A DNA stretch of 60,778 nt from Patescibacteria group bacterium. GTDB lineage: Bacteria; Patescibacteriota; Minisyncoccia; UBA6257; 1-14-0-10-40-38. The stretch covers positions 259,278 to 320,055 of the forward strand of contig JBBTRX010000002.1 of the NCBI GenBank assembly GCA_038064975.1. Direction: 5' to 3'. Numbering within the stretch: position 1 is the first letter of the stretch; each line of letters opens with the position of its first letter. The notes under the pieces are model-generated. The model was given only the letters and a program-made list of their open reading frames with translations, was not told the DNA's origin and did no database searches. Both the position numbers and the translations under genes were made by a program. Positions 9,751-18,674 of the stretch are shown here, piece by piece.

Positions 9751-11093
9751 AAACTATTTTTATTAGCAGTTTCCATGGGTTAATTTCTCGAGTCCTTGCG
9801 TCTGGTCTTATCGATCAGCTTATTGAAAATAATATTCGTATCGTATTATTTGTCCCGTCTCAAAAAATAGATTATTTCAAAGAAAACTTTAAACACAACA
9901 ATATTATCATAGAGCCAGTGAATTTTATTCCATCTCGCATTGATCGTTTTCTAACAAGTATGGCATTTGTACTTACTCCATCACGGGCGATGGAAATTAA
10001 ATGGCGTTGCGATATTAAAAATTCTACTGGTTTATTGTTAAATCGATTAATCAAGCCGCTTCCATTCGTTCGGAATTTCTTAGGAATCGTTATTCGCTTT
10101 ATGAGTCAATTTAGTACATTGAGAAAACAATTCAGTTTCTATTTCAAAAAATATGAACCCGAACTTGTTTTTTCGACTGATATTCAAAATCCGTTTGATG
10201 TCACATTATTGCACGCTGGTCGGCGCTATGGATCAAAAAGCATCGGTATGATTCGTTCCTGGGATAATCCTACGTGTAAAGGGATAATGAGATTTTTTCC
10301 AGATCAGCTTCTTGTTGCAAACAATATTTTATTAAAAGAAGTTATTCATTTTAATCGTTATCCTAAAAATAAAATAAGAATAGTAGGAGTTCCTCATTAC
10401 GATATCTACGTCAAGGAGCCTCGTATTTCACGCGAGGAATTCCTCAAACAACATGGATTGAATAACCAAAAGAAGATAATTTTCTTTGCTCCAGCAGGTG
10501 ATCGTTATATTGATACTGACTGGCAGATGATCCAATTATTTGATCAGTGGATTAAAGATTCTGTTTTTGAGTACCCCGTCCAATTATTTGTGCGTCTCCC
10601 TCCGGGGGACACCGTTCAGCTTCGCGATTATGAACCTTCTGCAAATATTGTCATATACCAATCTGGCGTTGCATCTTCCGATCAAGAGATGAAGCATCGA
10701 GAAATGTCAATAACCGACGTGAGATCTCTTGCGGATCAGCTGTATCACGCAGATGTAGTGATTAGTGGTCCATCAACCATTCTTGTTGATGCCGCCGCGC
10801 TCAATAGGCCGACTATCCTATATGCAATCAATGGTTATGAATTACATAGGCCCTTGTGTCGTAGTTTGGAGCGTTATCTTGAATACGAACACTTGCAAAA
10901 CATCATAGCGACCGGAGGTATTCGGGTTTCCAAAGATTCTAAAACATTAGTCCAATACATAAATCTTTATCTCAAAAATACTACTATAGATCGATCGTAT
11001 CAAAAGCGCATCGTTGAGGAGCAATGTGCTAATATGATCGGATTTTCAATTCAGAAGACGATCCAAGCGATTATGCAACTACTTCGTATCTAG
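9747..11093 (+). CDS. GT-B fold transferase, TagF-like (CDP-glycerol glycerophosphotransferase-like) family, paralogue A
   Basis: Shares motifs with the ORFs at 15887 and 17233: SWDN(P), VGVPHYDIY, IIFFAPAGDRY and ADVVISGPSTILVDAAALNRPTI. This layout resembles TagF/Glyphos_transf (GYPRxD, YAPTxR, DYSS). The family assignment is by eye only. Confidence 0.5.
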   Translation: MKTIFISSFHGLISRVLASGLIDQLIENNIRIVLFVPSQKIDYFKENFKHNNIIIEPVNFIPSRIDRFLTSMAFVLTPSRAMEIKWRCDIKNSTGLLLNRLIKPLPFVRNFLGIVIRFMSQFSTLRKQFSFYFKKYEPELVFSTDIQNPFDVTLLHAGRRYGSKSIGMIRSWDNPTCKGIMRFFPDQLLVANNILLKEVIHFNRYPKNKIRIVGVPHYDIYVKEPRISREEFLKQHGLNNQKKIIFFAPAGDRYIDTDWQMIQLFDQWIKDSVFEYPVQLFVRLPPGDTVQLRDYEPSANIVIYQSGVASSDQEMKHREMSITDVRSLADQLYHADVVISGPSTILVDAAALNRPTILYAINGYELHRPLCRSLERYLEYEHLQNIIATGGIRVSKDSKTLVQYINLYLKNTTIDRSYQKRIVEEQCANMIGFSIQKTIQAIMQLLRI

Positions 11094-11879
11094 TTCTTCG
11101 TATGGTGAGGGTTTGATGGATAATTTTGTATCGGCAATAATGAGGGCGTCTGTTGAACTTACCTGCAAATTAGTACGTTCAAAAATCGTAAAGTCATCAC
11201 CTTTTTCTAAGATGCGGATATAGCGAGAAAGATAGCGATTTATTTTGTTAGCTGAAGAACGCCTCCCGTCAATAAAAATTTTTCCACCCGGCTTAATATA
11301 TGGAATCAGTCGGAATATATCTCCCGCGTCTAATGTTACTAATTTCTTATTCTGGATCCAGGCAGCTGGTCCATCAACAAGTATGAAATCGAAGAGAGAA
11401 TCTTTTGAAGGCATCCAATCGTAACCGCAAAAATATTCAAACTCTGATACAGTAGAAATTTTAAAAACAGCAGGTTTGACATGTTTGATGTCAATGAATG
11501 ATTGCAATTCTTGCGGAATAAGTTCATTTGCAATACGGATACATTTTAATGACTGCTCTAATGAAAGAATATTTCCAACAGTATTTTCTCTAAGCGCAGA
11601 AGCCATAACCGCGCTTGAAAGCCCAACGCCAGTTCCAAGTTCTAGAATTTTTTTCGGCTTATCACGGCGAATGAGTTTATAAAGGCGAAGAACGTCTTCT
11701 TTTGAGATTGTCCATTGAGATTCAGGGGATTCAGCAAACGTTTCGTATGTTTTCTTGAGGAATGGGAGGCGGCTTAATTCGTATTCTTGCATTAATCGTA
11801 TAATGTCCCTGCTCATTTTAGATAATAATGCTCCGATAAAAGAAATTACATTGGCGATACCCGTTATTATGTATGTCAT
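11079..11879 (-). CDS. class I SAM-dependent methyltransferase
   Basis: KILELGTGVGLSSAVMA (motif I GxGxG) and FILVDGPA...GGKIFIDG. Convergent with the previous gene; the 3' ends overlap by 15 nt. Confidence 0.7.
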   Translation of the reverse strand: MTYIITGIANVISFIGALLSKMSRDIIRLMQEYELSRLPFLKKTYETFAESPESQWTISKEDVLRLYKLIRRDKPKKILELGTGVGLSSAVMASALRENTVGNILSLEQSLKCIRIANELIPQELQSFIDIKHVKPAVFKISTVSEFEYFCGYDWMPSKDSLFDFILVDGPAAWIQNKKLVTLDAGDIFRLIPYIKPGGKIFIDGRRSSANKINRYLSRYIRILEKGDDFTIFERTNLQVSSTDALIIADTKLSIKPSPYEELDTK

Positions 11880-11902
11880 ATATTTTAATCAATGAGGCTA
11901 TT

Positions 11903-12973
11903 TCAATTATGTGCAGGTTTTTTATGTTCTCGGATATTTACAATATTGATCACAAACATTCCAATAAGCTGAGCTATTATATACCATGCATGGAATATCT
12001 CAACTAAAAAATATAATATGCCCAAATTAATCACGAGCTCGATCAAATTTTTTCTTAAAAAAATAAAAACTTTTTCAGAAAAGTTTTTGTCTAGTTTTTT
12101 ATCAAAAACCAAGACTTTCTTTAAAAGAAAAGAAAATGCCACGGTCATAACAAATGCGATTATGGCTGAATAGATATAAAATAATTTTAAAAACTCAACA
12201 AAGAAAAATAATATTGTTACATTAACTATTACGCCGATTGAACTCACAGCAAAAAATTTTAAAAATGAAGTCTGGGTGTCGCGTCGTAAAAAAAGATAAC
12301 CCCAAATATTTTGGAGGTACCAGAAAATTTCTTGCAAACCAGCCTTACTGGATCCATAGGTGCGATTAGTGAATGTGATGGGGATTTCAACTACGTCCCG
12401 TATTTTTGATTTTATGAGAAGTTCAAGTAAAATTTTAAACCCACGGGGATTGAGATCATGAGTTGGTATACGATTTTTTCTAATCATAAAAAAACCAGAC
12501 ATCGTATCTTGAGTATTCGTAAAAATCTTAGAAATTATAATTGCTCCACGAGACATCATCCTGCGATACATGTTCCATCCCTCAATTTTGCCACCGAGGA
12601 TATATCTACTCCCGATAACTAAATGAACATTGTCATTCTTAAATGTATTAAACATTTCTGGAATTTTTTCCGGTGGATGACTCAAATCAGCGTCCATTAC
12701 TCCAATAATCTTACCGTTCGCAACTTGAAAACCTGCTATCACCGCAGAAGAAAGCCCCATTTTCCTGGGTCGCTCCAAGAGACTAAGATGGCGATATGTC
12801 GTTTTGAGTAATAAAACTGCTTTTGCCGTTCCATCGGGAGAATTATCATCTACTATAATAATTTCGCCATGAATATTATGTTCTTTTAAAATAAGAAAAA
12901 TACGGGGTATAAGTTTTTCAATGTTTATTCTTTCATTATACGTTGGGATGATAATTGAAAGCTCTGTTTGCAT
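11903..12973 (-). CDS. polyprenyl-phosphate glycosyltransferase (DPM1/GtrB-like GT2) fused to a GtrA-like C-terminal membrane domain
   Basis: LSIIIPTYNERINI, IIIVDDNSPDGT and MDADLSHPP are the Dpm1/Ppm1/GtrB signature. The C-terminal roughly 130 aa has 4 TM with a GtrA-like FLKFFAVSSIGVIVN...LLKKVLVF pattern. Confidence 0.8.
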   Translation of the reverse strand: MQTELSIIIPTYNERINIEKLIPRIFLILKEHNIHGEIIIVDDNSPDGTAKAVLLLKTTYRHLSLLERPRKMGLSSAVIAGFQVANGKIIGVMDADLSHPPEKIPEMFNTFKNDNVHLVIGSRYILGGKIEGWNMYRRMMSRGAIIISKIFTNTQDTMSGFFMIRKNRIPTHDLNPRGFKILLELLIKSKIRDVVEIPITFTNRTYGSSKAGLQEIFWYLQNIWGYLFLRRDTQTSFLKFFAVSSIGVIVNVTILFFFVEFLKLFYIYSAIIAFVMTVAFSFLLKKVLVFDKKLDKNFSEKVFIFLRKNLIELVINLGILYFLVEIFHAWYIIAQLIGMFVINIVNIREHKKPAHN

Positions 12974-13003
12974 ACATCGTTATGGTATCGTAGTTGCTAT
13001 TTG

Positions 13004-13720
13004 ATGCGCAAGCTGATATATATGCATGGTATGCATTTTTTAAAATATGTTTTGAAAAGAACACTACATTATTTCGGCTATTCTCTCATAAGAAATAGTA
13101 CGGCTCTTGATTTTGTGCGTTGGGCGAATGACAGTGATTTCCAGTACGTATATGGGAAGGTGAAGTCTAGAACTCTTTTAAGCGTTGATCGTCTTTATGT
13201 TCTTTGGGAGACTGCTCGGGCTATTAAGGCAATATCTGGCGACGTTGCTCAAGTCGGTGTTTTTCGAGGCGGATCAGCAGAGCTTATCGCAGAAGCCTTT
13301 CGAGGAAATGGGAGAACGGTGCACCTCTTTGATACTTTTGCTGGAATGCCAAAAGTTGATCATGCGATTGACATGCATCAAGAGGGGGATTTTGCTTTAA
13401 CTTCTTTAGAAGAAGTTAAAGCAAATCTTAGAGAATATAATAATATAAATTTTTATCCTGGAACATTTCCTGAAACAGCGATTACAATAAGAGATAATCG
13501 GTTTGCCTTTGTCTATATTGACGTTGATATTTATCAATCAACGAAGGCGAGCTTAGAATTTTTCTATCCACGCCTTGTTAGAGGAGGGTTCATGATTATT
13601 GACGATTATCGTGGCAAAAACACTCCAGGCGTTGAAAAGGCGTTGCGTGAATTTTTACATGATAAGCCGGAAATCCCCATAGTGACCACAATTGCTCAGT
13701 GCTTGGTTATTAAGCAATAA
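13004..13720 (+). CDS. TylF/MycF-family (macrocin-O-methyltransferase-like) SAM methyltransferase
   Basis: GDVAQVGVFRGGSAELIA and FVYIDVDIYQSTKASLEFFYPRLVRGGFMIIDDY match the TylF family. The ORF-track start (TTG 12968) would overlap the divergent gene, so ATG 13004, 13022 or 13031 is more likely. Confidence 0.75.
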   Translation: MRKLIYMHGMHFLKYVLKRTLHYFGYSLIRNSTALDFVRWANDSDFQYVYGKVKSRTLLSVDRLYVLWETARAIKAISGDVAQVGVFRGGSAELIAEAFRGNGRTVHLFDTFAGMPKVDHAIDMHQEGDFALTSLEEVKANLREYNNINFYPGTFPETAITIRDNRFAFVYIDVDIYQSTKASLEFFYPRLVRGGFMIIDDYRGKNTPGVEKALREFLHDKPEIPIVTTIAQCLVIKQ

Positions 13721-13723
13721 AAC

Positions 13724-14869
13724 ATGAATCGTTATCGTTTTTTACGTTTTTTTTTACTCTCCATATTTTTCTGGCCTTATTATGTAATACGAATAAAACA
13801 TCGATCAGTTGATTCTACTTTGAAAAATCGTTTTTTAATTGTTCCTCAAAACAATCGTCTTGGAGATTTAATGTGCGCAACTCCGGTTTTGCGTGCAATC
13901 AGAAATAAATATCCTCAATGTTATATTGCCGTTCTTGTTTCTGAATCAAAAGGATCGTGGATGATACTAAAAAATAATCCGCATATTGATGAAATTATTT
14001 TCTATGAAACTCCGAATCTTTTGAAAAAAATCCGTGCGGAAAAATTCTCCTGGAGTTTCCATTTAACAACCTATCCAATCGCAAGCGTTATTGCTTTTCT
14101 CGGACTCATTCCTCATCGCATAAAAACAGTAGTTCGTGAACGTTCCTTGAGTGAGATTTTAACCGACTGGTTGAATACGAGAAAATATATTTATGAACAT
14201 CACACTTCGGTTCCCCTGCACTACCTCCGTCTTTTGGAGCAAATTAATATTCATAATCCTTCAACTCTTAAGGAGGTTTTCGTAAGCCAGATGGGAGAAT
14301 TAAAAGCCACAGAATTTTTATCAAATCTTGAAATTCAAGAAGATGATTTTCTTATTGGAATGAGTATAACTGCGGGTAACAAAATCAAAGAGTGGGGTGA
14401 TGATCGTTTTGTTGAACTTGCACAGCGTCTTATTGCAACTTTTAAAGCGAAGATTGTTCTTATTGGAAGTCCACATGACGGTACTCGACTCATGCAAACA
14501 AGAAATTCCATCACTGGATCAGATAGGGTTTTTATCGCTAGTAATTTTTCTATTGAAGAACTACCCTCAATCTTGCGCCGCTTTAAATTATATATTGCGG
14601 TTGATACAGGACCGATCTATGTTGCCCATGCTCTCCGCATACCGCTTATAGATATTTCAGGGCCTTGCGACACGCGAGAACAACCGCCGTCTGATGAGTT
14701 GAGTTTGTGCATAACACCCGATAGTATTCCTCCTTCGTCCTTTGTTTTTAAACATCCTGGCTCGCTTCTTGAGCGCCGAAGAGCAATTGAGGCAATTAGT
14801 GTTGATCAAGTTTTTTCTTCTATTCAGATATTTATCAAGCGTCTAGGTTTTAGAGAAATCAAACATTGA
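13724..14869 (+). CDS. glycosyltransferase family 9 (heptosyltransferase-like)
   Basis: RFLIVPQNNRLGDLMCATPVLRAIRNKYPQCYIAVLV is the GT9 N-terminal signature. C-terminal LYIAVDTGPIYVAHALRIPLIDISGP matches the D-[TS]-G-x-x-H-[LI]-A motif. Confidence 0.8.
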   Translation: MNRYRFLRFFLLSIFFWPYYVIRIKHRSVDSTLKNRFLIVPQNNRLGDLMCATPVLRAIRNKYPQCYIAVLVSESKGSWMILKNNPHIDEIIFYETPNLLKKIRAEKFSWSFHLTTYPIASVIAFLGLIPHRIKTVVRERSLSEILTDWLNTRKYIYEHHTSVPLHYLRLLEQINIHNPSTLKEVFVSQMGELKATEFLSNLEIQEDDFLIGMSITAGNKIKEWGDDRFVELAQRLIATFKAKIVLIGSPHDGTRLMQTRNSITGSDRVFIASNFSIEELPSILRRFKLYIAVDTGPIYVAHALRIPLIDISGPCDTREQPPSDELSLCITPDSIPPSSFVFKHPGSLLERRRAIEAISVDQVFSSIQIFIKRLGFREIKH

Positions 14870-14906
14870 ATTACGCTATTTATCTGATAAAATAAATCAA
14901 ATTACT

Positions 14907-15884
14907 ATGTCTTCATTTCCCTACGATCAAGCCGATTACGAGGAAGTTCCTTGCAATTTTTGTGGTAATAATCGTGATTTTAAAATAATTGCCATTCGAG
15001 ACAAGGATAATTTACCAACTCGCACGTGTCTTTGTCGCCGGTGCGGTTTAATTTTCATTAATCCTCGAATGACCAAAGATTGGTACAATCGGTACTATGA
15101 CGAAGAATATCGCGAACGAGATCGGATGAAAAAAAAGCCCGCCGGTAATAACTTAGAAAGACAATTTGGTGCTGGGGAGCATTTTGGAGAAAGTCTTGTA
15201 AAACTTATTTCACCATATTTAAAACCCGGCGTAATAATTGACGTTGGTTCTGGTGTTGGGGGGGGTTTAAGTGGATTTAAAAAATATCGACCAGATCTTC
15301 AGCTTATCGGTATTGAGCCTTCAGCCAAAGAAAGTGCCTATGCCAATGTGCGCGGCATAAAAACCCACAATACTCTTTTTGAGAGTTTCACAAACTCAAT
15401 TTTGTCACCAGCGAATATTATGAATACTCGAGCATTGAATCATCTCCTTGATCCTCAAGGATTCATAAAGCGTGCTCATGATTATCTTATGCCCGATGGC
15501 CGGCTTATTCTTGCTGTTCAAAATTTCAGACTCTCTTCAAAAAAAATTGGTCGCATTGTGCCCCAGATTGACCATGTTTATATGTTTACGCCAGAAATCC
15601 TTTTACCGATGATTGAATCAGTGGGTTTTGAGATAGTATTTTTTAGTGATCCAGAAAAGATGACTATACATGAACAGCGAGAGTTGAAGTCTTTAGGGCT
15701 TACTAATCATTTAAAGCTTGTAGCAAAAAAAATAAATAGGCCTAATAATTTTAATCCAATCTCAATACAACGATCCGTAAAAATTAGTAAATCCCTTAAT
15801 CCTATTCGTATTAAATCTTTTTACTGGCGTCATAGATTCGCTTCTCTTCTTTTGAAGAGAGTATCTCATAAGTTTCTTATATAA
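14907..15884 (+). CDS. class I SAM-dependent methyltransferase with N-terminal Cys4 zinc-ribbon
   Basis: CNFCG...CRRCG zinc ribbon, then IIDVGSGVGGGL (motif I) and a GRLILAVQN region. Confidence 0.7.
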   Translation: MSSFPYDQADYEEVPCNFCGNNRDFKIIAIRDKDNLPTRTCLCRRCGLIFINPRMTKDWYNRYYDEEYRERDRMKKKPAGNNLERQFGAGEHFGESLVKLISPYLKPGVIIDVGSGVGGGLSGFKKYRPDLQLIGIEPSAKESAYANVRGIKTHNTLFESFTNSILSPANIMNTRALNHLLDPQGFIKRAHDYLMPDGRLILAVQNFRLSSKKIGRIVPQIDHVYMFTPEILLPMIESVGFEIVFFSDPEKMTIHEQRELKSLGLTNHLKLVAKKINRPNNFNPISIQRSVKISKSLNPIRIKSFYWRHRFASLLLKRVSHKFLI

Positions 15885-15886
15885 TT

Positions 15887-17236
15887 ATGAAAACTGTTTT
15901 TCTTTTTGTTTCAAACTATGTCTATTCATCAGATTTCTTGCGCACCGAGTATATTCGCTATTTAAGTGTATATTATCGAGTTATTGTTTTTGCTCCGAGC
16001 GGGCTATTTGAAGGTGGTAAGCCCTATTTCGTGAGTCCGAACGTTGTTTACGTGAAATGGAATGTACAGTCGCCTCGTTTTTGGAGTATTTTTGGCAAAT
16101 TATTCCGTTATTCTTTAATTAGAAAATATGATTTTGAACCGGTTGTAAAACGAAATCGCGAACGTGGACTAAAAAACTGGCATAGAAAAATGCTCTGGTT
16201 TTTTTCTCATCTTTTTCCTAAAAATTTTTGGAACCCAGATTTTTTCTTACGACTTGAAATCCTTCTCGCCCCCAGGTCATTTTCATTTGAGCGCTCTATA
16301 GAAAAATATAAACCAGCTATCGTTCTTACGGCGAGCCCGGGCTTCAACCACTTTGATGCTGAAGCGATTGTTCTTGCGAAACGTGCCGGAATAAAAACTG
16401 CAGCTATTAATTTCAGTTGGGATAACCTTCATAACGGTGGTATTCATTTTCGTCGCACCGATTACCTTTTGGTATGGAATGAAGTTATAAGACAAACGGC
16501 AATCAATGAGTACGGCTACTCTCCTCACCGTGTTTTAGTATCGGGTATCATTCGTTTCGACCACTATTTCAAATCACCGCCAAACAACAACAATCGAGAG
16601 GCATTTTTAAAATCAAAAGGCTTAAACCCAGATGCTAAGACTATCTTACTCACAACTACAACTGATGGAAATTATCCAGATGAAGACATTGTTTTAGATA
16701 ATCTTATCCAAGCTCGTATGGCGGGACGTTTTCCAAATTTTCCAAATATTTTCGTTCGTATGCATCCGAAGGAAAATATAACAAAATTCATGCGTTTTTC
16801 TCATGACTCATCTTTTCAGAATATTTGCATAGAGAAAGCTGGGACGGATCGAGAAGTTAATCTTGGCAGCGCCACTGAACTCAGTGAAGAAGATCTTGAT
16901 AATCTTAAATACACACTTGAGTACAGTGATGTGATTGTAAATTACGCATCCACTATTACTCTAGAAGCCTTTGCATTTGATAAGCCGGTTATCAATATTA
17001 ATTATCCGCAACAATACGAGCGAGCATATTCTTTTCGGCATTATAAGCCAATTGTTGATGCGGGTGCTGTGCGTCTCCCAAAAAGTTTCAACGATCTTGT
17101 GAGCGACATTAATTCTTATTTAAAGAATCCTGAAAAAGATAAATTTGCACGCGAGAGCATTGTTGAAAAACTTATTGGCCATCGCGATGGTTTATCCTAT
17201 AAAAGGAGCGTAGATCTGTTATTAAACATTATATGA
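15887..17236 (+). CDS. GT-B fold transferase, TagF-like family, paralogue B
   Basis: FSWDNLHNGG, VSGIIRFDHYF, FVRMHPKEN and SDVIVNYASTITLEAFAFDKPVININ. Paralogous by eye to 9747 and 17233. It is the only copy with His-Pro at the aligned VRxxP position. Confidence 0.5.
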   Translation: MKTVFLFVSNYVYSSDFLRTEYIRYLSVYYRVIVFAPSGLFEGGKPYFVSPNVVYVKWNVQSPRFWSIFGKLFRYSLIRKYDFEPVVKRNRERGLKNWHRKMLWFFSHLFPKNFWNPDFFLRLEILLAPRSFSFERSIEKYKPAIVLTASPGFNHFDAEAIVLAKRAGIKTAAINFSWDNLHNGGIHFRRTDYLLVWNEVIRQTAINEYGYSPHRVLVSGIIRFDHYFKSPPNNNNREAFLKSKGLNPDAKTILLTTTTDGNYPDEDIVLDNLIQARMAGRFPNFPNIFVRMHPKENITKFMRFSHDSSFQNICIEKAGTDREVNLGSATELSEEDLDNLKYTLEYSDVIVNYASTITLEAFAFDKPVININYPQQYERAYSFRHYKPIVDAGAVRLPKSFNDLVSDINSYLKNPEKDKFARESIVEKLIGHRDGLSYKRSVDLLLNII

Positions 17237-18612
17237 GGACAATTTTCATCACGCTTTTTCAGGGAATTGAGGTTAAAAATATTATGCGTACAAACGTTTA
17301 TCGCGAACTTATTTCGCATTCCGATACGCGCCTAATTTGTTTTTTAGACAATCAGAAACGGGTAGATATTTGCAGGCGGGAGTTTAATCACGATCGCATT
17401 ATTTATGAAACGGTAGAACACTTTCGCCCTGCTTTCCTAGACTCGTTTTTTCAGGCGGTAAGTTTTTATTTTATTAATACAGAGACGATCCGTCTCAAGC
17501 GTTTCATGGCTTGGGAAGAAACTAAGAATCCGATACATTTTCTTACCGCCTTAATTAATCTTGTGGTGGCTCACGGTTTTGTCCGGCGATGTATCCGTAT
17601 ACTTGATTACGTGCTCGTTAGAGATACTAATTTTAAGAAGTTTTTTGAACAATACAAACCCGACGTTGTACTACTCGCGCATCTTTTTGAGAGACGTGAA
17701 GTCAACTTATTGCGTGAAGCAAAACGTCAAAAGGTGCCAACTGTTGGGTTCATTAATTCATGGGATAAGGTTACTGGGAGGTGTGGCATCCGACTTCTAC
17801 CGGATCGCATGGCGGTTTTTAACTCCCTAGTCAGGCAGGAGGTGATTGAACACGTTGATATGCCAGAATCTCAAGTTGTTGTGATCGGTCTTCCTCAATA
17901 TGATATTTATACCAAACGTGAACCTCATAATAGAAAGAAAGTATGGGATGAGTTTAATATTGATATTCAAAAAAGGATTATTGTTTATGCCCCAATGGGA
18001 AGAACGTATAGTAATTCTGATTGGGACATTATCGATTTTCTTCAGGGTGCCATAGAAAATAACAGCATTCAAAATGCGGCTCTCTTAGTCAGATTTCAGC
18101 CCAATGATTTTTTTGATGAAACGGAGCTTAAGAAGCGACCATGGTTAAAGTATGACCATCCTGGCATCCGTTTTTCCACGGAACGAGGCGTAGATTGGGA
18201 TATGAGTTTTAAGGATATTGACAATCTTCGTCATATACTCGAAAGTCTTTCCGTTCTTGTTTGCTACGCTTCCAGTATGAGTATAGACGCGGCTGTTTTC
18301 AATAAACCGGTAATTAATATTGATTTTGAAACACGAAAAGAAAAATTGTTACGAAAATCTCCAACGGCTTTTTACCGTTTCAGTCATTATCGAAAAATGC
18401 TTGAAGCAGATGGTGTAGCGCTTGTTAAAACATCGCAGGAATTGATAGATAGAATTAACGAATATCTAAACAATCCATTACTGCACAGCGATAAAAGAGC
18501 TCTTCTTGTGAAAGAACAGTGTGGGATTTTTGATGGTCGATCTGGAGAACGATTGGCAAAACTTGTTACCGATACAGCTAAAAATACATATTCTAGTACT
18601 AATGTAGCTTGA
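17233..18612 (+). CDS. GT-B fold transferase, TagF-like family, paralogue C
   Basis: INSWDKVTGRCG, VIGLPQYDIY, IIVYAPMGRTY and VLVCYASSMSIDAAVFNKPVINID. Start overlaps the stop of paralogue B (ATGA). Confidence 0.5.
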   Translation: MRTIFITLFQGIEVKNIMRTNVYRELISHSDTRLICFLDNQKRVDICRREFNHDRIIYETVEHFRPAFLDSFFQAVSFYFINTETIRLKRFMAWEETKNPIHFLTALINLVVAHGFVRRCIRILDYVLVRDTNFKKFFEQYKPDVVLLAHLFERREVNLLREAKRQKVPTVGFINSWDKVTGRCGIRLLPDRMAVFNSLVRQEVIEHVDMPESQVVVIGLPQYDIYTKREPHNRKKVWDEFNIDIQKRIIVYAPMGRTYSNSDWDIIDFLQGAIENNSIQNAALLVRFQPNDFFDETELKKRPWLKYDHPGIRFSTERGVDWDMSFKDIDNLRHILESLSVLVCYASSMSIDAAVFNKPVINIDFETRKEKLLRKSPTAFYRFSHYRKMLEADGVALVKTSQELIDRINEYLNNPLLHSDKRALLVKEQCGIFDGRSGERLAKLVTDTAKNTYSSTNVA

Positions 18613-18674
18613 CTCATGAAACTTTTATTCGATGATAAAGGTTATTCATGGCCAGGTGCTGGATATTAATATAT

